Shown: positions 37,556 through 49,960, counted from the first letter of the whole stretch. The stretch: DNA of 61,330 nucleotides, filler included, from Chiloscyllium plagiosum (GCF_004010195.1; 3 parts of one record of this genome joined end to end with filler, not necessarily neighbours in it), one strand, 5' to 3'. Notes: a model not told the origin generated them from the letters alone. Made by a program: numbers and translations.

Positions 37556-39663
37556 TGCCCACAACAGAGGATGACCAGTAAATGAAACAGAGATTTATGA
37601 AATGGTTGGGTGGAAGGGGAGATTAGGTTTGCATTGTTCTGCCTTCACACATCCAGATCATCTGAACTGTAGCAGTAAGAGTCTGTTGTAGGGCTGTCTG
37701 ATACACGAGTGGTTGCACTCATGTGGAAATCAATGATTCCCTGTACCTTTGGAAAGCTGGTCACTAAAGCAAATTCAAAAGATCTCTTAATTTGACTAGC
37801 CTCAAATAACAAAATGATTGAAAGGTATGGAAAACGTGGAATCGGTGACCTAGGAGATACACAGGAGATTTGTGTGTAACAGATGGCAGAATTCTTGGAA
37901 TTCTCATCAGCAGATCCTTTCGGACTAACAGGGAGCAAAGGAATGCAACTTCAGCATGATAGCCACTGGCAATATTTGCCTGTCTGGCTCACAATAAGGA
38001 TGTTATCGTAGACCTGTACTGCTGTGAAAGTCTGAGTGTCCTGAGGCACTGTTCAGAAAGCAGATCCTGTGTTCGAATTATTGTCTATTTGGAGCTGGAA
38101 CTCTGTGTCTATCTCTTTTCTTTCCTTTGGAGCAACAGGCACTCAAGAAAAAAAGCAACTACTGGTGTTGCTCATTTAATTGGATTTGGTTAAAGGTAAA
38201 AATCTGCTTAAGCTGCTTTAATACTGCAGCGAAGATTCAAGATATTGGCTATACCCTTAAGTGGTGTAAGCATACTGTCAGAACAAGTTCTGTTGGCAAA
38301 AACCTTTCAACTTGGCAAGCTTGCAGTTGTCTTGATTTAGCATTTAAAGGCTTTCTAGCCTGTCAATTTGATTGAGCCATCTCTGCTGTTTTCTCCTCCT
38401 GTTGATCCTGGTGAGTTTCAGACAGCTCCAGAAAACATTGCACAAATCAGAATACATTGTTAAATAGCTTGGAGGGGAGAAACAGTATCTAAATGCACAA
38501 ATTGCCCAAATAAAATTGCCAAAACAAAGCAGTCTGCAGATGACAATGAGAGAATATGGTCTAACCTGTTTGGCATCCATCCGTAAAATCCTTGTCAAAT
38601 ATTCCAGGTACAGAATTTTCACAAGATGAAGGTTGCCTTAACTTTCTGCAATTATCTGTTTTAAATTATTGCCATAATTTCCTGATGAGTTTTATACATT
38701 TACCAGTTCTCATGCTACACCAAACATTTCAGAATCATCTGCTCACCTTTACCAGGTGTCATAATTCTGTCTTGCCAACTTTCTGCTGAGCTAACAATTT
38801 TCATGTTTCGGTCTTCCCTTTCCCATTCTCTCAACTACTTTTTCACCTAAGTAGTACCTGGTCTCCTGGCCACACTCAGAATTTCTGTTCAGCTCTCCTG
38901 GTTGTGGCTTCAGCTGTCTTCTCAGTAGTAGCTGTTCAACATATGTAGAGCTACCTCCTAAGTGATCTGGTATAAGGAGGGACATATGTTTTTATTATAA
39001 ATGAATCATTAAACATTAACATTAATACTTTTATATTATTCTTCAACTATTATAGAGAGCTTTCCTCAAAGCAGCAGCATGATCCTCAAGTTGTGTGTTA
39101 ACAATGAGGCACCAACCACAGGAATGGACACATTATCAAAAACAGCCAAGCATCCTGGAGACATTTGAGTACTCTCTTTGAACGATTACAAAGTGGTACT
39201 GGGAAAGTTCTGAAAGAAGTCACTTGCTGATCCTCTCAAACTAAAAATGCTAAACGACAATCAGCCTCAGGAAGAATCCACTGAAAATATGTTCTAGGAT
39301 CACAATGAAGAGTTTTAAGATTACTAACTAAACAAAAAAAAAACTAACTGTCCCAAGTTACTGTTGTAAATATTAACTATCATGGTTGTGAAAACTTCAA
39401 GATGCCAGAGAATGGTTAGGAAAATGTTCTCTCATTAATACATAAGATACGAAGAGATATCATGGCAAGTAACAGAAGCTGCAATAGAAGCCTTAAGCCC
39501 TTAAGATTATCAGAAAATCATTGATACACATTTGTTGACAATATTTAAGACTACAGATAACATTTCATTCTACCTATTTAAACCTTTTTTTTAAATAGGT
39601 TTTTAAAAAAGTAGCTGAGTTGAAGATCAGCAATGATCTTATTGAAAGACAAGCAGTCTTAGT

Positions 39664-39940
39664 GGGCAGCACGGTGGCACAGTGGTTAGCACTGCTGCCT
39701 CATGGCGCCAGAGACCCGGGTTCAATTCCCGTCTCAGGCAACTGTCTGTGTGGAACTTGCACATTCTCCGTGTGTCTGCGTGGGTTTCCTCCGGGTGCTC
39801 CGGTTTCCTGCCACAGTCCAAAAATGTGCAGGTTAGGTGAATTGGCCAGGCTAAATTGCTCGTAGTGTTAGGTGCAGGGGTATGGGTAGGTTGCTCTTCG
39901 GAGGGTCTGTTTCCACACTGTAAGTATTCTAATCTAATCT
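39664..39940 (+). mobile_element. HE1-type SINE
   Basis: tRNA-like head, conserved core, TCTAA tail. Confidence 0.9.
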
Positions 39941-40072
39941 GATCTTTTAGAAAAAAGCAGGTTTGAGTGGATGATTGGATGGCAACTATTCCTTTGCATT
40001 CTCTTCAATAAAGATTGTAGATGTGAGTCACTCCAAACTTGAGACTAACCACTGCAGTGTAGTTCCGAGGGA

Positions 40073-40450
40073 TGCATCCAAGGAGCAGTAAAATCAACGT
40101 TTTGGGCAAAAGCCCTTCATCAGGAATACAGGCAGAGTGCCTGAAGGGTGGAGAGATAAATGAGAGGAGGGTGGGGGTGGGGAGAAAGTAGCATAGAGTA
40201 CAATAGGTGAGTGGGAGAGAGGATGAAGGTGATAGGTCATGGAGGAGGGTGGAGTGGATAGGTGGAAAAGAAGATAGGCAGGTAGGACATTTATCTCTCC
40301 ACCCTTCAGGTCCTCTGCCTGGGTTCCTGATGAAGGGCTTTTGCCCGAAACGTCGATTTTACTGCTCCTCGGATGCTGCCTGAACTGCTGCGGTTTTCCA
40401 GCACCACTAATCCAGGATCTGGTTTCCAGCATCTGCAGACATTGTTTTCA
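40073..40450. mobile_element. Fold-back Penelope 3'-end insertion, 15-bp TSD, hammerhead core at 40326-40354 (+)
   Basis: tgtagttccgaggga at 40058-40072 and 40451-40465; the inner part is the inverted counterpart of the PLE UTR at 49390-49610. Confidence 0.9.
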
Positions 40451-40538
40451 TGTAGTTCCGAGGGAGTGTTACACTATACATGGTACCATTTTTCTTGCTA
40501 AACTAAGACCCCACCCATCCTCTCAGATAATATAAGAC

Positions 40539-40870
40539 GGGTGGCACGGTGGCTCAGTGGTTAGCACTGCTGTCTCACAGCACCAGGGATCCCGAATTCG
40601 ACTCCCACCTTGGGTGACTGCATGTGTGGAGTTTGCACATTCTCCCCATGCCTGTATGGGTTTCCTCCAGGTGCTCTGGTTTCCTCCCACAATCCAAAGA
40701 TGTGCAGATCAGGTGAACCGGTCATGCTAAATTGCCCATTGTGTTAGATGCATTAGTCAGAGGTAAATATAGGGTAGGAGAATGGTGCTGGGTGGGTTAC
40801 TCTTCGGAAAGTCAGTGTGAACTTGTTGGGCCAAATGGCCTGTTTCCTCACTGTAGGTAATCTAATCTAG
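40539..40870 (+). mobile_element. HE1-type SINE
   Basis: GGGTGGCACGGTGGCTCAGTGGTTAGC head, TCTAA tail. Confidence 0.9.
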
Positions 40871-40882
40871 TCTCATAGTATA

Positions 40883-41330
40883 CAGGTCATTCTGATATAA
40901 TGTGCGTTTTGTTAGCTTTAAATTAAGGGGTGGTAGGTATAGGACAGATGTTAGGGGTAGATTCTTTACTCAACGAGTCGCGAGTTCATGGAATGTCATG
41001 CCAGTAGCAGTGGTGGACTCTCCCTCTTTATGGGCATTTAAACGGGCATTGGATAGGCATATGGAGGATAGTGGGCTACTGTAGGTTAGGTGGGCTTGGA
41101 TCGGCGCAACATCGAGGGCCAAAGGGCCTGTACTGCGCTGTATTTTTCTATGTTCTATGTTCTATGAATGGGCTATAACACAATTGATGAATTGTGGATA
41201 CTGTTTAGATAATGCAAACTTTCTACTGAACAGCTATAGCAACCTTGAACTGCATGGTCTTCTATAAAGTGATATTCTATAGCACGGGGTTGCAGAGGAA
41301 CGCAGGTGTTGCGTTATGCAGAACGACCTG
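40883..41330. mobile_element. Tc1/mariner-Tigger-like MITE with TA TSD, interrupted by a CR1 3' end
   Basis: ta|CAGGTCATTCTG...CAGAACGACCTG|ta inverted termini. Confidence 0.7.
40913..41166 (+). mobile_element. Young CR1 3' end
   Basis: Highly similar to 19725-19970; (TTCTATG)3 tail. Confidence 0.9.
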
Positions 41331-41889
41331 TACTTCAAAGGATAGTTGGAAGCCCTGCATTCCTGTCATACCTAGTAGTGACTAATGTGGGCAATTAGTA
41401 CTTGGAAGAGAAGGTGCCATAAACATTCCTATTCTCAACAATAGAGGAACCTAGCACACCAGTGCAAAAGATAAAACTAAAGCATTTTTTCATTTAATCT
41501 CTCTTGGGATGTGGATGATATGGCAAAGCCAATATTTGTTACCTATCCCTAAGTGTCTTTGATCTGACTGGCTTGTTCGGCCATTATAGAAAGTAGTTAG
41601 GAGTTAATCATCTTGCTGCTTGCTTTGAAGTCAGATGTAAGGCAGACTATGTCGACATAGCAGATTCCTTTCCTGAAGGACATTAGTGAACCACATGAGT
41701 ATTTTTGACGATTGATGACAGTTTCACGATTATCACTGAGACTAGTTTCGTAATTCCAGATTATTAATAGAATTTAAATTCCACCAATTGCAATGGTGTG
41801 ATTTTAACCCATGCCCCAACTGCATTACTCTGGGCCTCTGGATTATTAGCCCAGTGATATTTGTAACCATCTTTTGCCAAGGGTAATCA

Positions 41890-43500
41890 ATCTCTCCTGC
41901 GGTCCCCAGCATAACAGATGCCTGTCTTCAATCAAATCCATTCACATACCATGATATCAAGGTGCTAGAAACTGCAAACGATTTGGGCCCTCAAATCCAG
42001 TAAGAGCAAAACATATTAAAGTGTGATTTCAATACAGGTAAAGTGTTAAATTGCCCAGATAGGTACTGTCCACAAAAACAGGACAAATCCAAACCCAGCC
42101 AATTACCACCCCATCAGATTCTTGATCAGCAGCACAGTGACGGAAGGGGTCATTAATACTGCTATCAAACAACACGTACTCACTGATGTTCAATTTAGAA
42201 TCTGCCAACTTTACTCAGTGCTTAACCTTGACAGAGCTTTGATGCAAACATAGATAAAAGAGATTAATTCCAAAAATGAGGATTAAAATATTCTTGGCAT
42301 CAAGACAATATTTGGCCAAGTATGTCATCAGGGAGGCCTAGCAGACTAGAGTCAATAGGAATCAGGTTAAGTGATGCCTACACCAAAGGAAGATAATTAT
42401 GATTGCTTGCAACCAGTCTGCAGTATCACTGCAGAAGTTTCTCAGGGTAGTGTCCTTAGCCCAACTGTCTTCAGCTGCTTCATTAATGATCGTCCATGTA
42501 TCATAAGATCAGATGTGAGATGTTTGCTGATGATTACATAATGCTGGATATTGTTCACAACTCTTTATACTGAAACAGTCAATGTCTATATGCAGCAAAA
42601 CCTGAACAACATCCAGGCTTCGCTTGGGTTGATAAATATTTGCATCACACATATGCCAAGTAATGACCATTTCAAACAAAAGAAAATCTAACACATCAGA
42701 CTTGATATTCACTGGCATTACCCAATACTGAATCCTTACCATCAGCGTCCTGGGGGCTATTAAGAGCATGACAACGGCAAGGCATTTTTAATGTAAGTAA
42801 CTCACCTCCTAATTTCCTTACGCCTGTCCAATATGCAAGGCACAAGTTTGGATGCAGTATAGTTCAAACAACGAAAAAGCTTGATACCATCAAGGACAAT
42901 GCAGCACATGTTTACCAGCTTCAACATTCACTACCTCCTCCACCACCATGGTGGGCAGCACTGTGATTCAGTGATTAGCACTTTTGCCTCACAGCACCAG
43001 GGACCCGGGTTCCATTCCAGCCTCGAGTGACTGTCTGTGTGGAGTTGCATATTCTCCCCTTGCCTGCTTGGGTTTCCTCTGGGTGCTCTGGTTTCCTCCC
43101 ACAGTCTAAAGATGTGCAGGTGAGATGGATTGGCCATGGTAAATTGCACAGTGCCCTGGGAATATGCAGGCTAGGTGAATTAGCCATTGAAGTTCAGGGT
43201 TACAGGGATACGGTGGGGGCACAGGTCTGGGTGGGATGCTTTTCAGTGAGTCGTTATGGACTTGATGGGCCGAATGGCCTGCTTCCACAGGGTAGGGATT
43301 ATTTGATGTTATGACCAATATATACAGTCATGCAGTGTGTACCCCCTACAAGATTAACAGTGCAAATCATTAAGATTCTTTCTTCAGGCAGTATTGACTT
43401 AGAAGGGCCAGGGCAACAAATCTTTCAGAATATCACCAATTTAAGGGCAGGAATAACTCTACCCTATTCAGAAAAGTCTACATCTAATGAATAATAAATT
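41890..43500 (+). mobile_element. Decayed CR1/L2-clade LINE RT region with a SINE insertion
   Basis: KQDKS-PANYHPI (42075-42115), QGSVLSPTVFSCFIND (42443), MFADD (42520). Confidence 0.75.
42952..43305 (+). mobile_element. HE1-type SINE (longer variant)
   Basis: Head, core and CR1-like tail. Confidence 0.85.
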
Positions 43501-45028
43501 TTAAAGAAGGTTTTCAAGATTGACTTTTTCATGGTTATAAAACTTTACGGTTGGCTAGACTATGTGTAAAACCTATACTGAAACACTCCTTGTGTATATA
43601 AACCATAAATTTTCATTTCAACAGCTCTTTTGAAATCTGCTGACTATTGCTGTAGGGTCTTGCTTGGTCTGTACATGTGCGCCCCTCACTCTACAACAGA
43701 TGTGTTGGAAGTAAAACCTACATTCTTTATGTATGTGAATATGTGACAAACACAATCTTGGAGATTAATAGTAACTGATTTGGGAGCAACTTCCTCCAGG
43801 ACCTGTCAAGGAGAAGCTTTGATTTTTAAGCGCAAAAAGTAGCTTGTAGTTTAAAATAAATATTTTAGATTCAATGTTAAAGAACATGATATAGTGCTTT
43901 AGGATGATTTATGCTTTTTGTACCTTTTAAGACTCATGCTTGAATAGAGTCTAAAAATGGTCAATAAATATTGCTGCCTTACAGTTGTTGAAATTTTACG
44001 TTTAACAAAAGATCAGGCAATTGCAATCTAGCCATTAGCAGGATTCCAGAGTCTTGCATCACCACTAATTTTGAAGTTATTCAGAAATGCCTAAACTGAT
44101 TATGTGCAGACTTGAGAAATAGTGAGTGCAGCTTTTTAAAGAGTTGCTAAATACCGCTATATTGTTGTAATCAAGATATTTTCCAGAAATATATTTCACA
44201 AGATCAAATATAATTCAAAATCTAGATATGTAAATAAAATGTATTTGACCAATGCAGTATTCACAACTCCTTCTATGACTGCCTGAAATTCATTGCTCAT
44301 TGAGAGGACGCTGGAAAATAATGTCAAAATTACATGTTCATTTGAAGTCTGATAACATATTAGAAGTTATCAAACCTCTTGGGAGGTTTTGAGGATAACA
44401 CTGTAAAATTCTGAAAATGAAATCAAATATTTCATATTCTGTAGATATTGATAGAGAGACTTTACCTTTCTATATACATTAAAAACAAATGGACAATTTG
44501 ATGCAGCTCATAAAATGACATAATATCAGCATTTTAAAAATAGTGACATTAATTATGACAGCAAAGGCATAACTTAGTTGTTAAACAAATAAAAGGAAAG
44601 CTGAAACTGAAATTATTGGCCAAGCCTTCTGGTTATCTTTAGTCTACCACGACAAACCAGAGACTGGCTGCTGGCTGCTAAGAAGTAATCCTTCTGCTCC
44701 TGACTCACGACTCCCACCTGCCAGCTGACCAGACAAGGACAGTGTTCTTACAACAAGAGGCCTAAAAGTAACTAGCAGTGACATGGAGCAAACCATTGAT
44801 GCCCTGAAGCAACAACTGTGTTGGCTAGACTGCTCAGGGGGAGCTTTCCCGTTCTCACTGGATTGTTCCTAAAACAGTATTAATCAATTGCAGCCCTCAC
44901 TCCCACCAGGGTGCTGTAGAGTTGCCCACTGTGCTTCAAACTATTCCTGGAGGTTTCATCACAAAACTTGACCCCAGACTTCAGCCATTATTGGGCTATC
45001 ATATCCATCCTTTTGGATGCACTGCCTA

Positions 45029-45569
45029 TAGGTAGTTTTGGGATAACGCACATTTCAGCAGCATGAATTGGCTATAACATCGCTGAAGATATAGAGAATG
45101 GTATTTTAGAGAATGCTTACTTCTGTTGGCAATAGCGCGATTCCAGCGGGGATCAGTTCGCGTGCTTCATTCTGCAATTGCACAATGTGCGCACTGAAAT
45201 CTCCACGCCGTACTGCACATGCATCAGTGTTTCTGCTGTTCTGCGCATGCACAACATTGGTGCCAGGCTTCGTGCCGTTCTGCACATGTGCTGATGTCAG
45301 CTGCTGACAGAGCAACTTTCTGAGGGAAGTACTATACAGAGAGCAGCTTTCTTACAATTTTTTTAAAAATGTATTGTGTTCAATTTACTTTTGTTTTGTT
45401 AATAAATAGGATTTCAACCTTCACTCAGGCTGTGCTATACTTTGCATTACACTTTTGGATGATTTTTGAGCACTTGTGAGTGATATTTTTTCCTGGTCTG
45501 CCCCAATCCCACTTTTCCCGGGCACCATTATTTCTATTAAGCAAGGTTTCCTGGAATGCAACTAACCTG
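45029..45569. mobile_element. Decayed Tigger-like MITE, apparently inside an older hAT-like element (~44917-45831)
   Basis: ta|TAGGTAGTT...ACTAACCTG|ta; the left end resembles 40883-41200. The outer element's right end resembles the reverse complement of 7680-7760. Confidence 0.45.
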
Positions 45570-46824
45570 TACTTATGACAATTGGAAAGTAAAAACACTC
45601 ATTAATCCAAAGCATGATTCTTCACTGTCAGAAAAGTAACCTTTTTTTTCCTATTTTTCAATATTTTTATATTTGGTAAACAGAAATATTTGAAGAAAAT
45701 TGCAAAGTAAATGCAATACTTTTTAGAATTCCCAGCTTTGTTTTGCAGGATTGCATATAGTGATGTCCTGGAGGACAGTCTTCAATTCCCTGGAGAATCC
45801 AGGACAAGCCTAGAGGATCGGTCACCCCAGGGTGTAGCCCATACACGTATATCAAGAAGAGGAAGAAAGAGGGAGGGAGGAAGGAAGGAAGGAAGGCGGC
45901 ACCCAGGATGTCTTCGTTCCAAACAAGCTGCCCGTGAGCAGATACTCGAGACTCCAGATTGTCTGACACATTACTCCCACCTTCTAATCCATCCTTTACA
46001 AATGGATGATAATACTTGAAAGTATTGTGAACCTTGAAGAGATAAATTTTGAGAGAGCACAGACTACCTGATAGAATAGGTGGACACACAGCCTTATCAC
46101 AAAGAAGTAATGTACTTTGGTCGGAATCATGAGGAGAAATAATCCAGAATATATTCTAAAATGTGTGCCTATCAGAGAGACATAATCTTTTAAGTAAATA
46201 ACAATCAAAGAACAAATTAACTAACTAACTAACTAACTACCCCTTAAAGAAATTGTACAAAAATTTTTAAGGAAAGTTATCAAAATGAAGTAACATTATT
46301 AGGGCTGATAATGCATTCTAGACCCTGCAGTGCCCATAGAATGCAGAAAGTCTCAAGTGTGCAAAAAGATGGAGATTGAGAGATTCCTTTCCAGTGACAC
46401 CGAGGTTCAGATGCACCTTTGGAAGTTGGGCAGGCATGGCCTCCACTGCCTGTTGATGGTCACTTTGGCCAAACTCATAAGCAGGTTAACAGGGAAGGAC
46501 CTAAGGGTTGATATACACTAATTATTAATTGTAACAGGACAGTTTGAGTGTGCAGTTAAAAAGGCATATGTTATTCTGGACCATTTGGAGGTAAATAGCA
46601 TAAAAGCAAGGTGGTTTTGAAGAACTGTTATAGAACACAAGTTCACGTTCAACAAGAGTATTGTGTGCAATTCTGGACTCTGCCTTTTAGAAAAATCTTG
46701 AAAGCTTTGGAAAATTGCAAAAAGATTCTTGAGAATCTCTGAGGGTGCAATAGATTTCATGTTTGGGCATGCTTTCCTTAGAAAAGGGAAAATTGAGTGG
46801 TGAGTTGATAGATGTGTTTACAAA

Positions 46825-47095
46825 TCTCCTTTAAAACGTTCCCCCTTTTTATCTTAAACCTAGGTCCTTTGGGAAAAAGATGCCCACTCTCCACTCTATC
46901 CATGCCTATCAATTTTGTAAACCTCTGTCAGGTTGCTCCTCAGCGTCTGATGTTCACGTGAAAACAAAGAAATTTTATCCAATCTCTTCTCATAGCTAAT
47001 ATCATCCAAACCAGGCAATATCCTGGTAAGCCTTTTCTGTACCCTCTCCAAAGCCTCCTCATCCTTCTGGTAGTGTAGTGACCTGAACTGTACAA
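46825..47095 (-). mobile_element. CR1 RT C-terminal fragment
   Basis: QFRSLHYQKDEEALERVQKRLTRILPGL. Confidence 0.8.
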
Positions 47096-47254
47096 TAACA
47101 ATGGCAGCTTTCATCTAGCAACACATCAATTAAGCAGATCCTATTTAATTTTATATTTTTAAACATTTTGCACACTCTTAGTTCAGTTATGAAGTACAGA
47201 GAGAGAATTTGCAAACATATTTGGCTTACAGCAGCAGACGATCCAATCACTTAC

Positions 47255-47333
47255 CATAGATTTCAACTGTGCAACTTCCAAAGCTTCCCACAATTCCTCA
47301 TCACTATGAACCAAGTCTGGATCCAGATTAAAT
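47255..47333 (-). CDS. ABCC (SUR-like) NBD2 exon
   Basis: tttacatctag|A TTT ... ATG|gtaagt; FNLDPDLVHSDEELWEALEVAQLKSM; 79 nt, phase 2/0. Confidence 0.93.
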
Positions 47334-47461
47334 CTAGATGTAAATTAGTACTTTAGGTGCATTTCATAAAGTAGACTAAAATTAAAGAATAAATTGCTAT
47401 TTTAAGACTATATTTTCTTATATTCCGTATGATAGCTCTGCTACTACCATTCATGATTTAC

Positions 47462-47570
47462 CTGATAGTGCCATTGAACAGAATTGGATCCTGGGGAATT
47501 ATTGAGATTGATTGCCTCAAATGGTCCAACGTGACAGAAGAAATATCTAACCCATCAACTTTTATACAAC
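47462..47570 (-). CDS. ABCC (SUR-like) NBD2 Q-loop exon
   Basis: ttcattgcag|GT ... AG|gtaaat; GCIKVDGLDISSVTLDHLRQSISIIPQDPILFNGTIR; 109 nt, phase 1/2. Confidence 0.93.
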
Positions 47571-48594
47571 CTGCAATGAAAATGACTTTCAAAATTTTTA
47601 GTGAAGAAACAGAATCTAGATAAACATTTGACACAAGGGTGGCCAGAAAAGTAACCTGCAACAAACAATATCACCAAGGCAGAGATCTGCACAAATGCAA
47701 AATATATATTGCTTTTTTACGGCACATTTGAACAAATCTGCCTCGACCTGTATGGAATCATGAACCTTGAATATAAATAGATGTTATCATCCCAGTTCTT
47801 AGTGATGAAGAGGAAATCAATGCTATATGTAATCTCTGTAGCGTGAGTGGAAACTTATCTAGGTTGGATTCTTTATTTTCAACCCAAATCAGACAAAAAT
47901 TTACTTTCTCATGATTTTATGGAGCTGCCTTTTTTTTTTCGCAGGCTCCATTAAATTATTGGCGCGAAAACGAAACTATTTTAAATGGGGTGGGGGGGAC
48001 TTCTTATAGGGAGTTAGTATAAACATAAAAGCTGGAATGCTAATCAATAATCCCAAATCAGGATGAGTTCAAGTGCACAAACGTTGTCCTGCGAAGTACG
48101 ATGCTTCAACTAAACCTGCAGTTCTCATCATCATTAATTGAGAAAGCCATCCAAATTCTCGAGGCTTAGAAGGCAAAAGCAGCAAAACTGATTCTGCATA
48201 TTTAATAGAAAAACTATGAGGAGCAAGACATGGTAGGTTGAGAGTCTAGTCTTGCAAAGAGAAGTCTCAGAGGGAATGTATTTGTGATTTGAAAGATGTG
48301 CAATAAGATCGAGAATTTAACAATGCTTTCAGCTATAAAATAACAGAACAGAAAGCACTTATTCAAATTTGTTGTGAAATTTGGGCAACATGTTGGCAAG
48401 TGTTTCTTCATACAGGAAATGATTAACCAGTGCCTGAAAAGCATGATTGAAATCATCTAAGGAAGAGTTTAAATACTAAAAGGAAATTAGAAAGTAAAGC
48501 TGAAATGGACTTGTGAATATTGACTAAGGAATTCCCATTTATCTTTGCTATGTTATACTTTTTCTCTTTTAACTTTATATTTTTCTTAACTTGT

Positions 48595-49138
48595 GATCTG
48601 TCAATCGGAAGTGACAATATTTCTGTTGAATAAAGGGAACTATGGAGCTATGAGGGAGGAGCTGGCCAAAGTTCAATGGTGCAATACCTTAGCAGGGATG
48701 ACAGTAAGAGGAACAATGGCGGATATTTCTGTGTATAATGCAGAAGATACAGGATCAGTTAATTCCAAAAAGGAAGAAAGATCCTAGGAGGAAGCATGGG
48801 ATGCTGTGGCTGACGAGGGAAGTTAAGAAAAATATAAAGTTAAAAGAGAAAAAGTATAACATAGCAAAGATAAGTGGGAAAATGAAGGACTGGGAAGCTT
48901 TTAAAGAACAACAGAGGATTACTAAGAAGGAAATACGCAGAGAAAAAATGAGGTACGAAGGTAAACTGTCCAGAAATATAAAGGAGGATAGTGGATTACT
49001 AAGAAGAAAATACGCAGAGAAAAAATGAGGTACGAACGTAAACGGGCCAAAAATATAAAGGAGGATAGTAAAAGCTTTTTTAGGTATGTGAAAGGCCAAA
49101 AAATGGTTAAGACTAAAATTGGGCCCTTGAAGACAGAA
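48595..49138 (+). mobile_element. CR1 ORF2 fragment (APE-RT linker) with an internal 77-bp tandem duplication; runs into the gap
   Basis: KGNYGAMREELAKVQW, WLTREVK, KAFFRYV; repeat units 48916-48992 and 48993-49069. Confidence 0.85.
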
Positions 49139-49238
49139 NNNNNNNNNNNNNNNNNNNNNNNNNNNNNNNNNNNNNNNNNNNNTTAATTAATTAANNNNNN
49201 NNNNNNNNNNNNNNNNNNNNNNNNNNNNNNNNNNNNNN
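49139..49238. other. Assembly gap (44 N + TTAATTAATTAA + 44 N)
   Basis: Artificial spacer. Confidence 0.98.
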
Positions 49239-49645
49239 CACAACCAGACGCCTGGAGGAAGAATGCCTCATCTTCCACCTTGGAACACTTCAACCCCAGG
49301 GCATCAATGTGGACTTCAACACTTCATTTCCCCTTTCCCCACCTCACCGCAGTTCCGAACTTCCAGCTCAGCACTGTCTCCATGACTTGTCCTACCTACC
49401 TATCTCCTTTTCCACCTATCCACTCCACCCTCTCCTCCCTGACCTATCACCTTCATTCCCTCCCCCACTCACCTATTGTACTCTATGCTACTTTCTCCCC
49501 ACCCCCACCCTACTCTAGCTTATCTCTCCACGCTTCAGGCTCTCTGCCTGTATTCCTGATGAAGGGCTTTTGTCCGAAACGTCGATTTTACTGCTCCTCG
49601 GATGCTACCTGAACTGCTGTGCTCTTCCAGCATCACTAATCCTGC
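49239..49645 (+). mobile_element. Penelope element 3' end (GIY-YIG tail, UTR, hammerhead core 49555-49583)
   Basis: TTRRLEEECLIFHLGTLQPQGINVDF matches the end of the 14560-15897 ORF; CTGATGAAGGGCTTTTGTCCGAAACGTC. Confidence 0.9.
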
Positions 49646-49699
49646 ATAGGGTGATTGAACAGAGTGAGGAATACAAAGTTGCGGCTTCACTGAAGGTGC

Positions 49700-49960
49700 A
49701 CAAAAAGCAAGATCAGCATTAGATTTGAAATTTGAAAGATCCATTCAGAAGTTAATAACAGCAGGGAAGAAGCTGTGTTTGAATCAGTTGGTCGGTGTAT
49801 TTAAGTTTTTGTCTTCTGCCCAATGAAAGAGTTTATAACGAGGGTGGGAGGGGTCTTTGGTGATGTTGACTGCCTTTCCAAGGCTGTGAGAACTAGAGAT
49901 GGAGGCAATGGATGGGAGATTGGCCTTCGTAATGGACTGGGCTGTGTTTACAACAGCCAG
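49700..49960 (-). mobile_element. Rex/Babar- or L2-like LINE 3' fragment
   Basis: KAVNITKDPSHP motif in ORF 49784-50020. Confidence 0.5.

Noticed and set aside
43686..43802. Possible alternative last ABCC exon on the - strand (ttctccttgacag|VLEEVAPKSVTINLQ...VVE*), phase-compatible with the 79-nt exon
   Set aside because: No ABC motif homology, it would delete the signature and Walker B, and such acceptors arise by chance in a 15-kb intron. Needs RNA evidence.
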